From contig CAMEJC010000002.1 in assembly GCA_945919295.1 (NCBI GenBank), positions 1 to 57,777 of the forward strand: a stretch of DNA of 57,777 bases, in the 5' to 3' direction. Both the position numbers and the translations under genes were made by a program. This document shows positions 28,915 to 38,726 of this stretch, in pieces. The first letter of the stretch is position 1. Each line of letters starts with the position of its first letter. Below the pieces are notes generated by a model. The model worked only from the letters and a program-made list of their open reading frames with translations. It ran no database searches and was not told the DNA's origin. The DNA is from an uncultured Mycoplasmatota bacterium (GTDB lineage: Bacteria > Bacillota_I > Bacilli_A > RF39 > UBA660).

Positions 28915-30072
28915 ATGAAAATGAATAAAGAAGTAGTAATGGTTAGATTATCTGATATAATACCAAATCGATTTCAGCCAAGACTAACCTTTGATGAAGA
29001 AGCATTAAACGAACTTGCTAACTCTATAAAAGAGCACGGTATTATTCAACCCCTAATATTAAGAGATTTAGGAAGCAAATATGAAATAATAGCGGGTGAA
29101 AGAAGATATAAAGCCTCTACACTAGCGGGTCTTACCGAAGTTCCTGCTATAATAGGGTCAATGGATGATCAAACGAGTGCCGAACTAGCGCTAATTGAAA
29201 ATATTCAAAGAAAAGATTTATCTGCTATTGAAGAAGCTAAATCTTATAAAAAAATACTAGATATGGGCAATTTTACTCAAGAAGAACTAGCCAAAAGAAT
29301 GGGGAAGAGTCAGTCGACAATAGCTAATAAAATGCGTCTACTTTCACTTACTAATGAAGTGCAAGTTGCCCTTATGAATAATTTAATATCTGAAAGACAT
29401 GCTAGATGTTTACTTCAAATTAAGGATGAAGATAAGCAAAAAGAAGTTTTAAATAAAATAATAACGGATAGAATGAATGTTAGAGATACAGATGATTATA
29501 TCAAAAATATGTTAGGAATATCAAAAGTTGATTCACCTGGACAAAATTCAAACAAGCCAGAAAACATTTCGAATATATCAGATATACCAAATGCATATGC
29601 ATCAAGTAATCCTAAGGAAACTACTGATACATCAGAAATTATAAATCCAGAAATAACTTCTCAATCAGAGGAAAACCCTAATGTTTATACACAAACAAAT
29701 AACGTTGATTTCATAGATATCAGTAGCCTAAATAATGAAGAAACACCAATAAATAATAATATCAAAACCGCTTTAAATGATTTAAATATAGTAAATACTA
29801 GCTCAAACATATTTAATGATAATAAACCATCAATTGAAGATAAGGAAGTACAAAAAATGGAAAATACTCCAAATATATCTGACTTAGAGTCACAAATATT
29901 AACTGAACCTAGTGCAGAATCAAAAAGTAACATATCAAAATTAAAATTAGCAACCGCAATAAGACTAGCAAAGGATACTGTCGAAGATATAAAAACGGCC
30001 GGCTACACTGTTACAATGGAAGAAGTAGATAGTCAAAAAGATTATCAAATAATTATAAAAGTTCAAAAATAA
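28915..30072 (+). CDS. noc: Noc-like ParB-family protein with a long low-complexity insertion
   Basis: PNRFQPR, GERRYKAS, HTH QEELAKRMGKSQSTIANKMRLL, SERHARCLL, and a C-terminal block resembling the Noc C-terminus. It holds the conserved position after rsmG. Confidence 0.75.
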   Translation: MKMNKEVVMVRLSDIIPNRFQPRLTFDEEALNELANSIKEHGIIQPLILRDLGSKYEIIAGERRYKASTLAGLTEVPAIIGSMDDQTSAELALIENIQRKDLSAIEEAKSYKKILDMGNFTQEELAKRMGKSQSTIANKMRLLSLTNEVQVALMNNLISERHARCLLQIKDEDKQKEVLNKIITDRMNVRDTDDYIKNMLGISKVDSPGQNSNKPENISNISDIPNAYASSNPKETTDTSEIINPEITSQSEENPNVYTQTNNVDFIDISSLNNEETPINNNIKTALNDLNIVNTSSNIFNDNKPSIEDKEVQKMENTPNISDLESQILTEPSAESKSNISKLKLATAIRLAKDTVEDIKTAGYTVTMEEVDSQKDYQIIIKVQK

Positions 30073-30126
30073 GAATAAATAAAACAAATATCACTCATAA
30101 TTAAATAGAAAGGGTGATATTTTTTA

Positions 30127-30648
30127 ATGAAAAAAACAATTCTTTTTTTAACAATAATTGTCGCATTTTTAATATATAATGAATTAAAAGAAGACACAGT
30201 AATTATTCCAGATACAGCTATAAGATTAAGAGTAATTCCGAATAGTAATTCATCACTAGATCAAAGTATGAAAAATAAAGTTAAAGAATATCTTGAAAAT
30301 AATACATATCAAATTTTAAAAGAGGAAGATAATATTGAGGAGGCAAGAAAACTAATTAAAGATAATATTCCAGAGTTAGAAGAAAATATAACAAAAATAT
30401 TTAACGACAATAATTACAATATGAACTATACAGTAAATTATGGATATAATTATTTTCCTAATAAAGAATATCGCGGTATAAAATACAACGAAGGATATTA
30501 TGAATCAATAGTAATAAGTATTGGAGAAGCACAAGGAGACAATTGGTGGTGTGTCTTGTTTCCTAATTTATGTTTAATAGATTTAGAACAAAAAAATAAT
30601 GTCGAATACAAATATTGGATTGTCGAGACAATAAATAAAATATTTTAA
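30127..30648 (+). CDS. spoIIR: Stage II sporulation protein R
   Basis: IRLRVIPNSNSSLDQSMKNKV and NWWCVLFPNLC match SpoIIR signatures. N-terminal signal/anchor. Confidence 0.85.
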   Translation: MKKTILFLTIIVAFLIYNELKEDTVIIPDTAIRLRVIPNSNSSLDQSMKNKVKEYLENNTYQILKEEDNIEEARKLIKDNIPELEENITKIFNDNNYNMNYTVNYGYNYFPNKEYRGIKYNEGYYESIVISIGEAQGDNWWCVLFPNLCLIDLEQKNNVEYKYWIVETINKIF

Positions 30649-30682
30649 TAAAGAGGGCATATAATTAGATAGGTGATAGTAA

Positions 30683-31216
30683 TTGAAAATAATAACCATT
30701 TTCCTAATAGCAGTAAGTCTATCTATGGATGCCTTTTCTCTAGCTTTAATTTATGGAACTCAAGGTATAAATAAAAAAGATAAAATAATTCTCTCTCTAA
30801 TAGTGGGTATATATCATTTTATTATGCCTTTAATAGGTCTTAGCATTGGAATCTATATAACAAATAAATTAATAATAAATGCAAGTATTTTAGTAGGGGT
30901 AATTTTATGCCTTATTGCCATCGAAATGATAATATCAAGCTTTAAAGATGAAGAAGAAAGATTTCTTCTTACTCTACCCGGTTATTTAATCTTTGGATTA
31001 TCAGTAAGCGTCGACAGCTTAACAACTGGAATAGGGCTTCCCGCTATTGCAGAAAATTATTTTTTAACTGCAACTATCTTTTCAATAACAAGTTTAATTT
31101 TTACTTACCTAGGTTTAAATTTAGGAAATATATTAAATAAAAAATATGGAAAAGTATCAACTATAATTGGCGGCAGCATTCTTTTTTCTCTTGGAATAAT
31201 ATATATATTTAAATAA
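30683..31216 (+). CDS. MntP/YtaF-family (DUF204 repeat) membrane protein
   Basis: Two repeats with LSMDAFSLAL and SVSVDSLTTG. TTG start after AGGTGAT. Confidence 0.7.
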   Translation: MKIITIFLIAVSLSMDAFSLALIYGTQGINKKDKIILSLIVGIYHFIMPLIGLSIGIYITNKLIINASILVGVILCLIAIEMIISSFKDEEERFLLTLPGYLIFGLSVSVDSLTTGIGLPAIAENYFLTATIFSITSLIFTYLGLNLGNILNKKYGKVSTIIGGSILFSLGIIYIFK

Positions 31217-31306
31217 AGAATTGTCAAACATCTGTCAAAAAAAAGTCTAGTAATTGACTAAAAAATCATTAAGCATTACAATAAAATAGAAAAGAAAGGA
31301 GTATGT

Positions 31307-32557
31307 ATGCCTAAGATTAAAATAGAAGGCGGCCATAAACTAACTGGAGAAATAGAAATCAGTGGTTCCAAAAATAGTGCTGTGGCTTTAATACCAGCGG
31401 CTATTTTATGTGACGAGGTCGTAAAAATAAGTAACATTCCCAACATTTCCGATATCGATTCATTAGAAGAAATTCTAACTTATTTGAATGCTCAAATTGA
31501 TAGACAAGATAATATTTTAACTATTGACTCTTCTAAAATAATAAACAAAGAAATACCAGAAGAAATGTCACAAAAATTAAGAGCGTCGTACTACTTTATG
31601 TCATCGTTATTAGGTAAGTATAAACATGTTGAAATGTATTTTCCAGGCGGTTGTTCCATTGGAGAAAGACCTATTGACCAAACATTAAAAGGATATCGAG
31701 CTTTGGGGGCAGTCGTAACAGAAGAGGGAAATAGATATATAATTGATGCCGAAGAATTAAAAGGAACTAAAATATATTTAGATATGCCCAGTGTTGGAGC
31801 CACGATCAATATCATGATTGTAGCAGTTAAAGCCAAAGGAAAAACTATAATCGAAAATGTTGCAAAAGAACCTGAAATTGTAAATGTTGCTACCTTTCTA
31901 AATAATATGGGTGCAAAAATCCAAGGAGCTGGAACAAATGTTATTACCATAACTGGCGTTGACTATCTTCATAAATCATTTCATGAGGTAATTCCTGATC
32001 GTATTGAAGCAGGAACTTATGTTATCATTGCTTCATTATTAGGAGAAAATTTAAAAATAAAAAATCTAATTCCTTCTCATATTGAAGCCTTAATCTCAAA
32101 ATTAATTGAAGCTGGTGTTCAAATGAATGTTGAAGAAGATTCAATAACTATCAATAGTGGTAATAAATACAAAGCAGTAAATATTAAAACATTACCATAT
32201 CCAGGGTTTCCCACCGATCTCCAACAACCAATTATACCATTCTTAACCCAATGTCATGGAACAAGTATTGTCGAAGAGACAATTTATGAAAATCGTTTTC
32301 AAAATATTTATGATACCAATCGTATGGGAGCAAATATTATGGTGAAAGATAATAAAATTGCTAAAATAAAAGGAGTCACTCCACTTCGTGGTAAAAATGT
32401 AACCGCTACCGATTTAAGAGGCGGAGCTTCGATGCTTATCTGTGGACTAGTCGCAGATGGTATAACTACGATTGATAATATTAAATACATATTAAGAGGA
32501 TATGACGATATTTGTCATAAATTATCCAAAGTAGGTGCTAAAATAGAAATAATATAA
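31307..32557 (+). CDS. murA: UDP-N-acetylglucosamine 1-carboxyvinyltransferase
   Basis: GSKNSAVALIPAA and the active-site loop PGGCSIGERPID, with the Cys retained. 416 aa. Confidence 0.95.
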   Translation: MPKIKIEGGHKLTGEIEISGSKNSAVALIPAAILCDEVVKISNIPNISDIDSLEEILTYLNAQIDRQDNILTIDSSKIINKEIPEEMSQKLRASYYFMSSLLGKYKHVEMYFPGGCSIGERPIDQTLKGYRALGAVVTEEGNRYIIDAEELKGTKIYLDMPSVGATINIMIVAVKAKGKTIIENVAKEPEIVNVATFLNNMGAKIQGAGTNVITITGVDYLHKSFHEVIPDRIEAGTYVIIASLLGENLKIKNLIPSHIEALISKLIEAGVQMNVEEDSITINSGNKYKAVNIKTLPYPGFPTDLQQPIIPFLTQCHGTSIVEETIYENRFQNIYDTNRMGANIMVKDNKIAKIKGVTPLRGKNVTATDLRGGASMLICGLVADGITTIDNIKYILRGYDDICHKLSKVGAKIEII

Positions 32558-32578
32558 ATATACTTTATTAGGTGAAAT

Positions 32579-33259
32579 ATGAAAAAAGTATTTTTAATAT
32601 TAATTCTTTTTTTATCGTGTTATTTTATATATAACAATACTATTGACAAAAAAATATATTATTTAACCATTGGTGATTCTCTATCAAAAGGAACAAATCA
32701 ATATGGAGTAGTATCATATGGATATAACGATTATGTTAAAGATTATCTATCTTCTAAAGATCTTCTAGAAGATTACAATCAAACATTTACAGATAATGAT
32801 TATTATATAACTGATATCATAAGAATATTAGAATATAATGAAAAAAAAGATAATTACTCATTAAATAGATTAATCAAAAAAGCTGATATTATAACAATAT
32901 CACTTGGAATGAATGAACTTTACTATAAATTAGAAAAAAATAATGAGAATATTTATGCATATATAGATAATATGATAAACGACTATAGTAAAATATTTGA
33001 TTATATAAATCATTTTCATCACAATCAAATATTTATTCTAGGATATTATAATGTTTTAGGTGAAAATAATGATATATTTGATTATGCTAATTACCAATTA
33101 AAAGAAAAATGTAATAAAAATAATTTTACTTATATCGATTTATCTAATCTTTTTGATAATAATCCTAATTATTTTCTTAAAACTGGTAATTTTATTCCAA
33201 ATACTAAAGGATATCAGAAAATTTCACAAATAATAGTTGAAAAATTATCAAATAATTGA
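32579..33259 (+). CDS. SGNH/GDSL-family hydrolase
   Basis: Block I motif IGDSLSKG after an N-terminal anchor. Confidence 0.7.
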   Translation: MKKVFLILILFLSCYFIYNNTIDKKIYYLTIGDSLSKGTNQYGVVSYGYNDYVKDYLSSKDLLEDYNQTFTDNDYYITDIIRILEYNEKKDNYSLNRLIKKADIITISLGMNELYYKLEKNNENIYAYIDNMINDYSKIFDYINHFHHNQIFILGYYNVLGENNDIFDYANYQLKEKCNKNNFTYIDLSNLFDNNPNYFLKTGNFIPNTKGYQKISQIIVEKLSNN

Positions 33260-33318
33260 TATAATATACCATGTAATTTTATTACTATGACTTTTTGTCA
33301 TGGCGGAAGGAGAGAAAA

Positions 33319-33528
33319 ATGAAAGCAAATATTCATCCAAATTATGTAGAAGCAACAGTTACTTGTGCTTGTGGAAACACATTTAAGACTATGTCAACAA
33401 AAGAAAATATTCAAGTTGAAGTATGTTCAAAATGTCATCCTTTTTATACAGGAAAACAAAATTTAGGTTCTAAAAAAGGACAAGTTGAAAAATTCAATAA
33501 AAAATTTGGTTTTACTACAGAAAAATAA
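33319..33528 (+). CDS. rpmE: 50S ribosomal protein L31 (Cys-containing type A)
   Basis: MKANIHPNY...CACGN...[12 protein letters not shown]. The ATG at 33319 follows GGAAGGAG. Confidence 0.93.
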   Translation: MKANIHPNYVEATVTCACGNTFKTMSTKENIQVEVCSKCHPFYTGKQNLGSKKGQVEKFNKKFGFTTEK

Positions 33529-33553
33529 TGTTCATATAACATTATTTTTTTTT
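33524..33553 (+). terminator. Terminator of rpmE
   Basis: Stem aataatgtt/aacattatt, loop catat, long T-run. Confidence 0.65.
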
Positions 33554-33641
33554 AATACAAATTACTTTAAATTATAAAAAAATTCCTTCATTAATTTACA
33601 TTTTAAAATATACATGATATAATTAACATAAGTGATGAAAA

Positions 33642-35633
33642 ATGAACAGTAAAAAAATCAAAGAAAACTTTAATAAAATATTTTTAAATATCAAGGACGA
33701 CTATTTATTAGTAACGTTTTTTATTGTGTTAAATTTAATAAATAGTATAATAATACGATTAGTAACAGTTAAAAATGGTTTGAGTATTTCTCCATTATTA
33801 GTTGATTTAAGTTTCTTAATCATTATATCTTTAATATCGCTTTTATTCAAAAGAAAAAAAAGAATAAAATATTTTATCACAGTTTCAGTAATTCTTAATA
33901 TAGTTTGCATAATCAATAGTATTTATTATCATTATTATAGTTCATTTGCTTCAATATCATTATTAGCCACTGCTGTATTTGCCGCTGACGTAAGTGATGC
34001 TATTGTAGAAAATGTACTAAAACCTATTGATTTAATATATATTTGGCAATCTATTGCCCTATATATATTTTATCGTTACTTAAAGAAAAAAAATTACTTT
34101 AAATATGAAATAAAACAAGAAAACAAAAAAATAATAAAAAAGGGAGTTTTAACATCACTATTCCTCTTTTTAATCGCAGCATTTTTCATGCCTTTAAATG
34201 CATGGGCAAGATTATATAAATTATGGAATAGAGAATCCGTAGTGATGAATTATGGAATTTACGTTTATCAATTAGATGACTTTATACAAAGTTTAACACC
34301 AAAAATAAACAGCCTATTTGGACACGATAGTTCCCTAAAAAAAGTTTCTGACTTCTATGAAGAGAATAGTTATCATGCTAGTCAAAACGAATACAAAGAT
34401 ATTTTTAAAGGCAAAAATGTTATCGTCATTCATGCTGAAAGTATGCAAACATTTCCAATGAATTTAAGCTTCAATGGAGAAGAAGTAACACCAAATTTAA
34501 ATAAAATAGCAAGTGAAGGGATCTTTTTTAGCAATTTCTATTCACAAGTTGGTGTAGGAACAAGTAGTGATGCTGAATTTACATTCAATACTTCACTAAT
34601 GCCTTCAACAAGAGGAACAGTCTTTGTTAATTATTTTGATAGAGAATATATAGCTATTCCAGAATTATTAAAAGAAAAAGGATATTATACATATAGTATG
34701 CATGCCAACACTGGAGAATTTTGGAATCGTAATACCATGCATAAAAATTTAGGATATGATAAATTTTATAGCAAAGATTCATATATAATAGATGAAACCA
34801 TCGGACTTGGACTCTCTGATAAATCTTTCTTTAAACAATCAATTGACATAATGAAAGATATCAAAGAAAAAGAAGGAACACCATATTATGGTCTCTTAAT
34901 AATGTTAACTAATCATACCCCATTTAGTGATTTAGAGCTTATGGATGAGTATCCCACTACTATCGATGTAGATATAGATAATCAAACAGTGACTAGAAAT
35001 TATTTAAATAACACAACAATGGGCAATTACTTAAGATCTGTTCACTATGCTGATCAAGCTATTGGAGAATTTATAAATAATTTAGATAAGGAAGGCTTAT
35101 TAGAAAATACCGTTTTAGTTATTTATGGGGATCATGATGCTAGATTAGATTTCGATGACTTTAATCTTTTATATAATTATGATCCAATAACTGATACTAT
35201 TAAAACTGAAGAAGATGAAGGATATATTCCATATAATAAATATAATTATGAACTAGATCGCAAAGTTCCCCTTATAATTTGGACAAAAGATCAATCATTT
35301 AATTTAGACGTTAATATACCTATGGGAATGATAGATGTACTTCCAACACTTGGAAATATGCTTGGAATTCATAGTGAATATCAAATGGGAAAAGATATAT
35401 TTGAACTTAAAGACCCGGATAATATGGTAGTATTTGTTGATGGCTCTTTCTTAACATCAAAAGTTTATTATAACTCACCCAAAAGTGAAATATACTCTAT
35501 AAATAATGAACCAATAACTGAAGACTATATTAAAATTAGAAGTAAATATGCTTCAGAATTAATAGAAATATCTAATGACATAATTTCTTATGATTTAATA
35601 AAGGAGTTAAAATCAGTTAAACTTAGAAACTAA
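33642..35633 (+). CDS. ltaS: LTA synthase family protein (LtaS-like sulfatase-fold)
   Basis: Five N-terminal TM helices plus an extracellular sulfatase domain (VIHAESMQ, MLTNHTPF, YGDHD). Confidence 0.85.
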   Translation: MNSKKIKENFNKIFLNIKDDYLLVTFFIVLNLINSIIIRLVTVKNGLSISPLLVDLSFLIIISLISLLFKRKKRIKYFITVSVILNIVCIINSIYYHYYSSFASISLLATAVFAADVSDAIVENVLKPIDLIYIWQSIALYIFYRYLKKKNYFKYEIKQENKKIIKKGVLTSLFLFLIAAFFMPLNAWARLYKLWNRESVVMNYGIYVYQLDDFIQSLTPKINSLFGHDSSLKKVSDFYEENSYHASQNEYKDIFKGKNVIVIHAESMQTFPMNLSFNGEEVTPNLNKIASEGIFFSNFYSQVGVGTSSDAEFTFNTSLMPSTRGTVFVNYFDREYIAIPELLKEKGYYTYSMHANTGEFWNRNTMHKNLGYDKFYSKDSYIIDETIGLGLSDKSFFKQSIDIMKDIKEKEGTPYYGLLIMLTNHTPFSDLELMDEYPTTIDVDIDNQTVTRNYLNNTTMGNYLRSVHYADQAIGEFINNLDKEGLLENTVLVIYGDHDARLDFDDFNLLYNYDPITDTIKTEEDEGYIPYNKYNYELDRKVPLIIWTKDQSFNLDVNIPMGMIDVLPTLGNMLGIHSEYQMGKDIFELKDPDNMVVFVDGSFLTSKVYYNSPKSEIYSINNEPITEDYIKIRSKYASELIEISNDIISYDLIKELKSVKLRN

Positions 35634-35681
35634 GAATAAGGTTTATCATGTTATAACAAAAAATGAAAGGAAGCGAAAATA

Positions 35682-36404
35682 ATGATAAAGTTTATAATAT
35701 GTGAAGATAATGTTGATGCTTTAGAAAGGGCAAGTCAAACAGTAACAAAAACAATGATGAAATATGATATTGAATACAAAATATATAAGTTTACTAAATA
35801 CGATAGCAAATTAAAAGAACAAATAAAAGATGAATTTAATACAAAATTCTATATACTAGATATAGAATTACCAATAGTAAGTGGTTTAGAAATAGCTTCT
35901 GAAATAAGAGAAGTTGATGACGATAGCACAATAATATTTGTAACAGCACATTCAGAATGTAAAAACGATATCTTCTATTCAAGACTACAAGCAATAGATT
36001 TTATATCAAAATATCATCGATATCAAGAAAGACTAGAAGAGACTATAAACCATGTTCTTCAAAAAATGTATAAAAATAAAACATTAGATTTTGCATACAA
36101 TCATGTATATACAAGACTTCTCTATAAAGAAATAAATTATATAGAAAAATCACCATTGCAAAATAAATGTGTAATTCACCTAGTTAATGGAGAAGAAAAA
36201 TATATAGTTACATCAATAACCAAATTAAAAGAAAAGTTAAGCCCAATGTTTTTTCAAACTCATAAATCATGTTTAGTAAATTTAGATAATATAAAGCATA
36301 TAGATTTTGCAAAATTTACCATTTATTTTAAAAATGGTGATAGTACCAGTCTTTTAACACCTGCTGCTAGAAAGGAATTAAGAAAACATGTTGGATGTTA
36401 TTAA
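35682..36404 (+). CDS. LytTR-family response regulator (AgrA-like)
   Basis: N-terminal receiver (ILDIELP Asp pocket) and C-terminal LytTR fold (IEKSPLQNKCVIHL...FFQTHKSCLVNL). Confidence 0.85.
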   Translation: MIKFIICEDNVDALERASQTVTKTMMKYDIEYKIYKFTKYDSKLKEQIKDEFNTKFYILDIELPIVSGLEIASEIREVDDDSTIIFVTAHSECKNDIFYSRLQAIDFISKYHRYQERLEETINHVLQKMYKNKTLDFAYNHVYTRLLYKEINYIEKSPLQNKCVIHLVNGEEKYIVTSITKLKEKLSPMFFQTHKSCLVNLDNIKHIDFAKFTIYFKNGDSTSLLTPAARKELRKHVGCY

Positions 36405-37701
36405 AATATTTATAAGTAGCATAATATTAATTGTTAGCTTTTATATATATTGTAAAATAATAATAAATGAAAAGTTAAAGCTAAATAAGATTCACTTATT
36501 ATTGCTATCTTTAGTTGTATCAATTTTAAATACAATGATATATCAATATATGGAAGGTTCTTTGAAAACAATATTCATTTGTTTGCTATATACATTCTTT
36601 GTAAAATATGTATTCAAGCTAACATTTAGTAGATCAATTTTTATAAGTATAATATTTATTATGCTTACAGTAATTCCAGACTTATTAATTACAACAGGCT
36701 TAATTTACATTTTTGGCATTAGCAAAGAATATTGTTATTCTGTTTTTGCTGGAAGTATATTGGGAAATTTATTAGTTTCAATCTTAATGATACTAATTAC
36801 CTATATACTTCGAAAACCACTAAGAAAACTTGTTAATTATAATATATCAACTAGTAAAAAGATTGTCTTAATATCTATATTAACAATAATATTTATTTCT
36901 ATTTTCTTTTATAAATTTGCAATTGCATATGAATTAAATAAAAGTGTTATAGCTTATTTAGTTGCAATGTTTGCTTTTATGATTGTTTTATTCTCTTTGT
37001 TTAAAGAAAAGTTAGACAATGAAATAGTTTTAAAAAAGTATGATGAATTACTAGATATTATGAAAAATTATGAAAGTGATATTGAAGAACAAAGAACACT
37101 GATTCATGAAACTAAAAATGAACTTATGACCATTAAATGTAAAATTAACGATAAAGAAAAAGAATCAACGATTATTGAATATATCGACAGTATTCTTGGT
37201 GATAAAGTAAGTAGCAATATGAGTAAATATTCTAAATTTAAATATCTTCCATCCAATGGATTAAAAGGCTTCTTTTATTATAAATTTATTGAAGCTGAAC
37301 GAAAAGGAATTAATGTTTCTATAAATATTTCTAAGAAAATTGAAAATTCATTTTTGAAAAATTTAGATACAAAACATTTTAAAGAATTAGTTAGAGTAAT
37401 TGGTGTATATTTGGATAATGCCATTGAAGCAAGTTTAAAATCGGAAGATAAAAAGTTAGGTATTGAAGTATATTTAATTAACGATTGTGCTAAAATAATT
37501 ATTTCAAATACTTTTGAATCTGATATTAATTTTGATAAAGTTGGTAAAGAAAGATATAGTACTAAAGGAAAAAATAGAGGACACGGTTTACTTTTAGTAA
37601 AGAAGATATTACATGAAAATGATCTTTTTGAAGCTCAAAATACCATTACTGATAAATTGTATATTCAAGAGTTAAAAGTAAAAGAACCTAAAATCGCATA
37701 A
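36388..37701 (+). CDS. AgrC-like (HPK10) sensor histidine kinase
   Basis: Six or seven N-terminal TM helices, H-box LIHETKNEL and GHKL ATPase (NAIEA...GHGLLLV). It overlaps the regulator gene. Confidence 0.8.
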   Translation: MLDVIKIFISSIILIVSFYIYCKIIINEKLKLNKIHLLLLSLVVSILNTMIYQYMEGSLKTIFICLLYTFFVKYVFKLTFSRSIFISIIFIMLTVIPDLLITTGLIYIFGISKEYCYSVFAGSILGNLLVSILMILITYILRKPLRKLVNYNISTSKKIVLISILTIIFISIFFYKFAIAYELNKSVIAYLVAMFAFMIVLFSLFKEKLDNEIVLKKYDELLDIMKNYESDIEEQRTLIHETKNELMTIKCKINDKEKESTIIEYIDSILGDKVSSNMSKYSKFKYLPSNGLKGFFYYKFIEAERKGINVSINISKKIENSFLKNLDTKHFKELVRVIGVYLDNAIEASLKSEDKKLGIEVYLINDCAKIIISNTFESDINFDKVGKERYSTKGKNRGHGLLLVKKILHENDLFEAQNTITDKLYIQELKVKEPKIA

Positions 37702-37702
37702 T

Positions 37703-37736
37703 AAAAAATTCAGCTTAATATAAACTGAATTTTTTT
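37703..37736. terminator. Bidirectional terminator shared by the kinase gene and agrD
   Basis: aaaaaattcag-N11-ctgaatttttt. Confidence 0.6.
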
Positions 37737-37752
37737 GTTTAGAAGAAGTTAA

Positions 37753-37869
37753 TTATTTGTTAAGCATGCATTTAGGCATTTTAGGTTCATCTATAAGCCA
37801 TATTAAACAAGCCTTAGTTCCTGCTGATGCTGATAAAGAGCCAATCCAAGATAATAGTGATGCAAACAT
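37753..37869 (-). CDS. agrD: AgrD-like cyclic autoinducing peptide precursor, 38 aa
   Basis: Not in the track. GGAGG RBS. Product is MFASLLSWIGSLSASAGTKACLIWLIDEPKMPKCMLNK. It starts 35 nt downstream of agrB. Confidence 0.7.
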   Translation of the reverse strand: MFASLLSWIGSLSASAGTKACLIWLIDEPKMPKCMLNK

Positions 37870-37904
37870 TTTTATACCTCCTTTTTTTCTTTTATTTTGC
37901 CATA

Positions 37905-38513
37905 TTAACTGTAAGAAACATTGTAATTTTTATAGTTATTATATGGTAATTGAAACATCCTATATATTAAAGGATGGATCATCAAGGTAGCTTCAAGTAA
38001 TCCTAAACATAAATAAGTACTGATAATATCATTTCTAAATAGTATAATTAATATTAAATAAATTGAACTAGTAATTATTGTTATAATTTTATATATTTTT
38101 CTCTTTTTTACATTAATAAGTGGCCTTTTATAAGTATCAGCAGGTGCGTATTTAATTAAACATATAAATGAAATTAAACTAATTATTAATTTTACATATA
38201 TATTAATATCAACATATTTACAAAGAAGCCCACCACCTATAAACATAATAGAAGAAATTATTAAACAATGAATACTTTTTTTTGCATGCATACCAAAAGC
38301 TGTTGTCCTTATAATGTTATAAAATATTAATAAAAGTAACATATCTTTAAATATTCCAAGAATAAATGCCAAAGCAAAAATTATTATGGTTTTAGTAAAT
38401 GTCAAATATATAGCTTCCAATCCATAAGCAATTTCATCAAGCTTATCTTCGTCATAATTGGGATATTTCTTTTTAATATTATTCATTGAAAATTCTAAAA
38501 ATCTTTTCTTCAT
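37905..38513 (-). CDS. agrB: Accessory gene regulator B (AgrB) family peptidase
   Basis: RTTAFGMHAKKSIHC (conserved His/Cys region of AgrB) in a polytopic membrane protein. The ATG at 38513 (MKKRFLEF) is preferred. Confidence 0.85.
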   Translation of the reverse strand: MKKRFLEFSMNNIKKKYPNYDEDKLDEIAYGLEAIYLTFTKTIIIFALAFILGIFKDMLLLLIFYNIIRTTAFGMHAKKSIHCLIISSIMFIGGGLLCKYVDINIYVKLIISLISFICLIKYAPADTYKRPLINVKKRKIYKIITIITSSIYLILIILFRNDIISTYLCLGLLEATLMIHPLIYRMFQLPYNNYKNYNVSYS

Positions 38514-38726
38514 TTTCTTCTCACAAAATAAGTATATCACTATTATTTAAGATGATTTTATTTCTAAATCTAATAGATAATGATTTTATTACATTTTTAA
38601 TTCAGTTAACAAATAATTAACTTTAATTTAAATTAAACTTTTCAAATTATTAGTTTATCAAAAGCAATATTCTATCTTGTTATAAATAAAAAAAAGTAGT
38701 ATAATATAGTAGAGGTGGAAAAACAA

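Noticed and set aside
30073-30126. Sigma-F type promoter for spoIIR
   Set aside because: The spacer is only 54 nt and is mostly occupied by a hairpin and the RBS. No convincing -35/-10 pair could be read by eye, and the promoter may lie inside the noc 3' end.
31591-32490. Minus-strand ORFs inside murA
   Set aside because: They are nested antisense in a highly conserved gene, with no start context.
37757-37990. 77-aa plus-strand ORF from the track
   Set aside because: It lies antisense to the RBS-preceded AgrD-like ORF and to the 3' end of agrB. It has no RBS and starts right after a terminator.
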